NCBI GenBank assembly: GCA_050575255.1
Contig: JBNZDD010013691.1
Location: 4,361,575-4,425,574 of the forward strand
DNA length: 64,000 nucleotides
Direction: 5' to 3'
DNA from: Harriotta raleighana
Taxonomy: Eukaryota
Shown here piece after piece: positions 1 to 64,000 of this stretch. The translations under genes and the position numbers were made by a program. The stretch's first letter is position 1, and each line of letters begins with the position of its first letter. A model generated the notes under the pieces. The model did no database searches. It saw only the letters and a program-made list of their open reading frames with translations, and had not been told where the DNA came from.

Positions 1-702
1 TGCAATGTGAAAGAATGACTAACCTTGGTTTCAATGGAAACCACTTAGTGAAAGCATGCTTGAAATATCATACATTTAATATATGCCTCATGTTAACATA
101 TATGAATATAAGACAATAGTAACAGGAAGAACATTCAGCTTTTCCATCATTTCATTAGATCACAGCCGATCTGCAACTTAATCCCATTTCCATGAATCCC
201 ACATTTCCAAAACCCTTTGTGTGAAAAAAATTAAACTTGCATACAGAGCTTTACTATATAATATTTGTGGAGCACATGTTATGCATGCACATGAGACAGC
301 AGACTTTTGAAAGCACATAGAAACAAGACTTACTTTTGCTGCTTAAAAATCATTGATTTGTTTATTAGCGGTCCATCCATTAAAACACAAACCACCTGGA
401 TCTGCCACCTTCAGATTTACGTGCTTGAACTTGAAATTCAATGCTGGAGAATCATTCACTTTAAAGACTAGCTGTGAACAATGGTTGTTCTCTGTCATGT
501 ACAATGTGATACTTGACAGGCACTTCATTCACTGAAAGGAGAGTTTACTTGCTCTGGCAATGAAATGCAGACATTGATGTCATATACATGTTCAAATATT
601 AACTTTTGAGTCCTAAATGCCTTGTATAAATCCATCTGTGCTTGAGTAAAGCTAAAAAAGGACAATGTTTGCTTAGGGAACAATTTGTTTAAATTTTTTT
701 AG

Positions 703-63420
<62,718 letters not shown>

Positions 63421-63596
63421 AACAAGGTTACTAAATGCACAGCCACTTATGTATCTCCTACATCAAGCTAAACTGCTGGGACGACACAACACTACAATTA
63501 CATTTAACCGACACAATACTTCATCATTGTTTCAAATGTGATATATTTTGATACATTTTTGTAAAACAAGCTGTATTTTTTCATATTCGAGAAATT

Positions 63597-63602
63597 AATA
63601 AA
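63597..63602 (+). terminator. putative polyadenylation signal AATAAA of svep1
   Basis: First AATAAA, 176 nt after the stop, followed by T/GT-rich sequence. Confidence 0.6.
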
Positions 63603-63677
63603 ACAATATACTGTTGTAAAAGTTTTACTGAGCCTTTTGATTCATGAAGTGCAGTATGTCTTTCTTCCATTATTGTA

Positions 63678-64000
63678 GAGTCCTGTAACTCAGTGGTTAG
63701 AGCACTCGCTTTCCAAGTGAAAGACCTGGGTTCGATTCCAGCCAAAGCTTGGGCAAGTTTCCTTACTCCACATGCCTGATAATAATTTTCATGAAAAAAA
63801 ATTATAATAAATTGGCCATTTCAATCCACAACTGATGTGCCATTTACACACAATTAGCTGCCTCATTTTGCCCACAAAAATACAGTTCACTTTACAGTAT
63901 ATTCTATGAAGCGCTTTGAGTCATCTCGAAGACATGAGAAGTGGAGCTCCTGTGGCTCAGTGGTTAGAGCACTCGCCTTACAGGCATGAGACCTGTGTTC
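63678..64000 (+). mobile_element. two tandem tRNA-derived SINEs (63678-63940; 63943 to window end)
   Basis: A/B boxes and family body. Confidence 0.88.

Overview
This is AT-rich vertebrate genomic DNA. The repeat content (tRNA-headed SINEs with L2-type tails, CR1/L2 fragments, Deu-domain SINEs, a Penelope fragment) suggests a cartilaginous fish, possibly a chimaera such as the elephant shark; that is an inference. The window is almost entirely the 3' ~85% of one + strand gene, svep1 (SVEP1/polydom). I traced 40 frame-consistent coding exons (9080 nt, ~3026 aa) from the second HYR domain (703) to the stop codon (63420). Domain order is HYR, CCP4, SEA-like linker, three ephrin-receptor-like repeats, six EGF, pentraxin, two CCP, EGF, a long CCP array and three EGF, followed by AATAAA. 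The 5' exons (signal peptide, vWA, first CCPs, HYR1) lie upstream. Introns are full of SINEs, LINE fragments and MITEs. Single-N junctions are flanked by duplicated sequence that looks like unmerged allelic contig overlaps, including a 1.18-kb duplication carrying two exons. I see no new multi-gene system. The best leads are: (1) a Penelope-like insertion with inverted arms, a 12-bp TSD and hammerhead-ribozyme cores nested in a SINE; (2) an extra symmetric sushi exon giving 35 rather than 34 CCPs; (3) a CCP21 loop lacking the mammalian integrin alpha9beta1 motif beside a highly conserved CCP20; (4) a GC-AG intron. Comparisons with human SVEP1 are from memory, and repeat boundaries are approximate.
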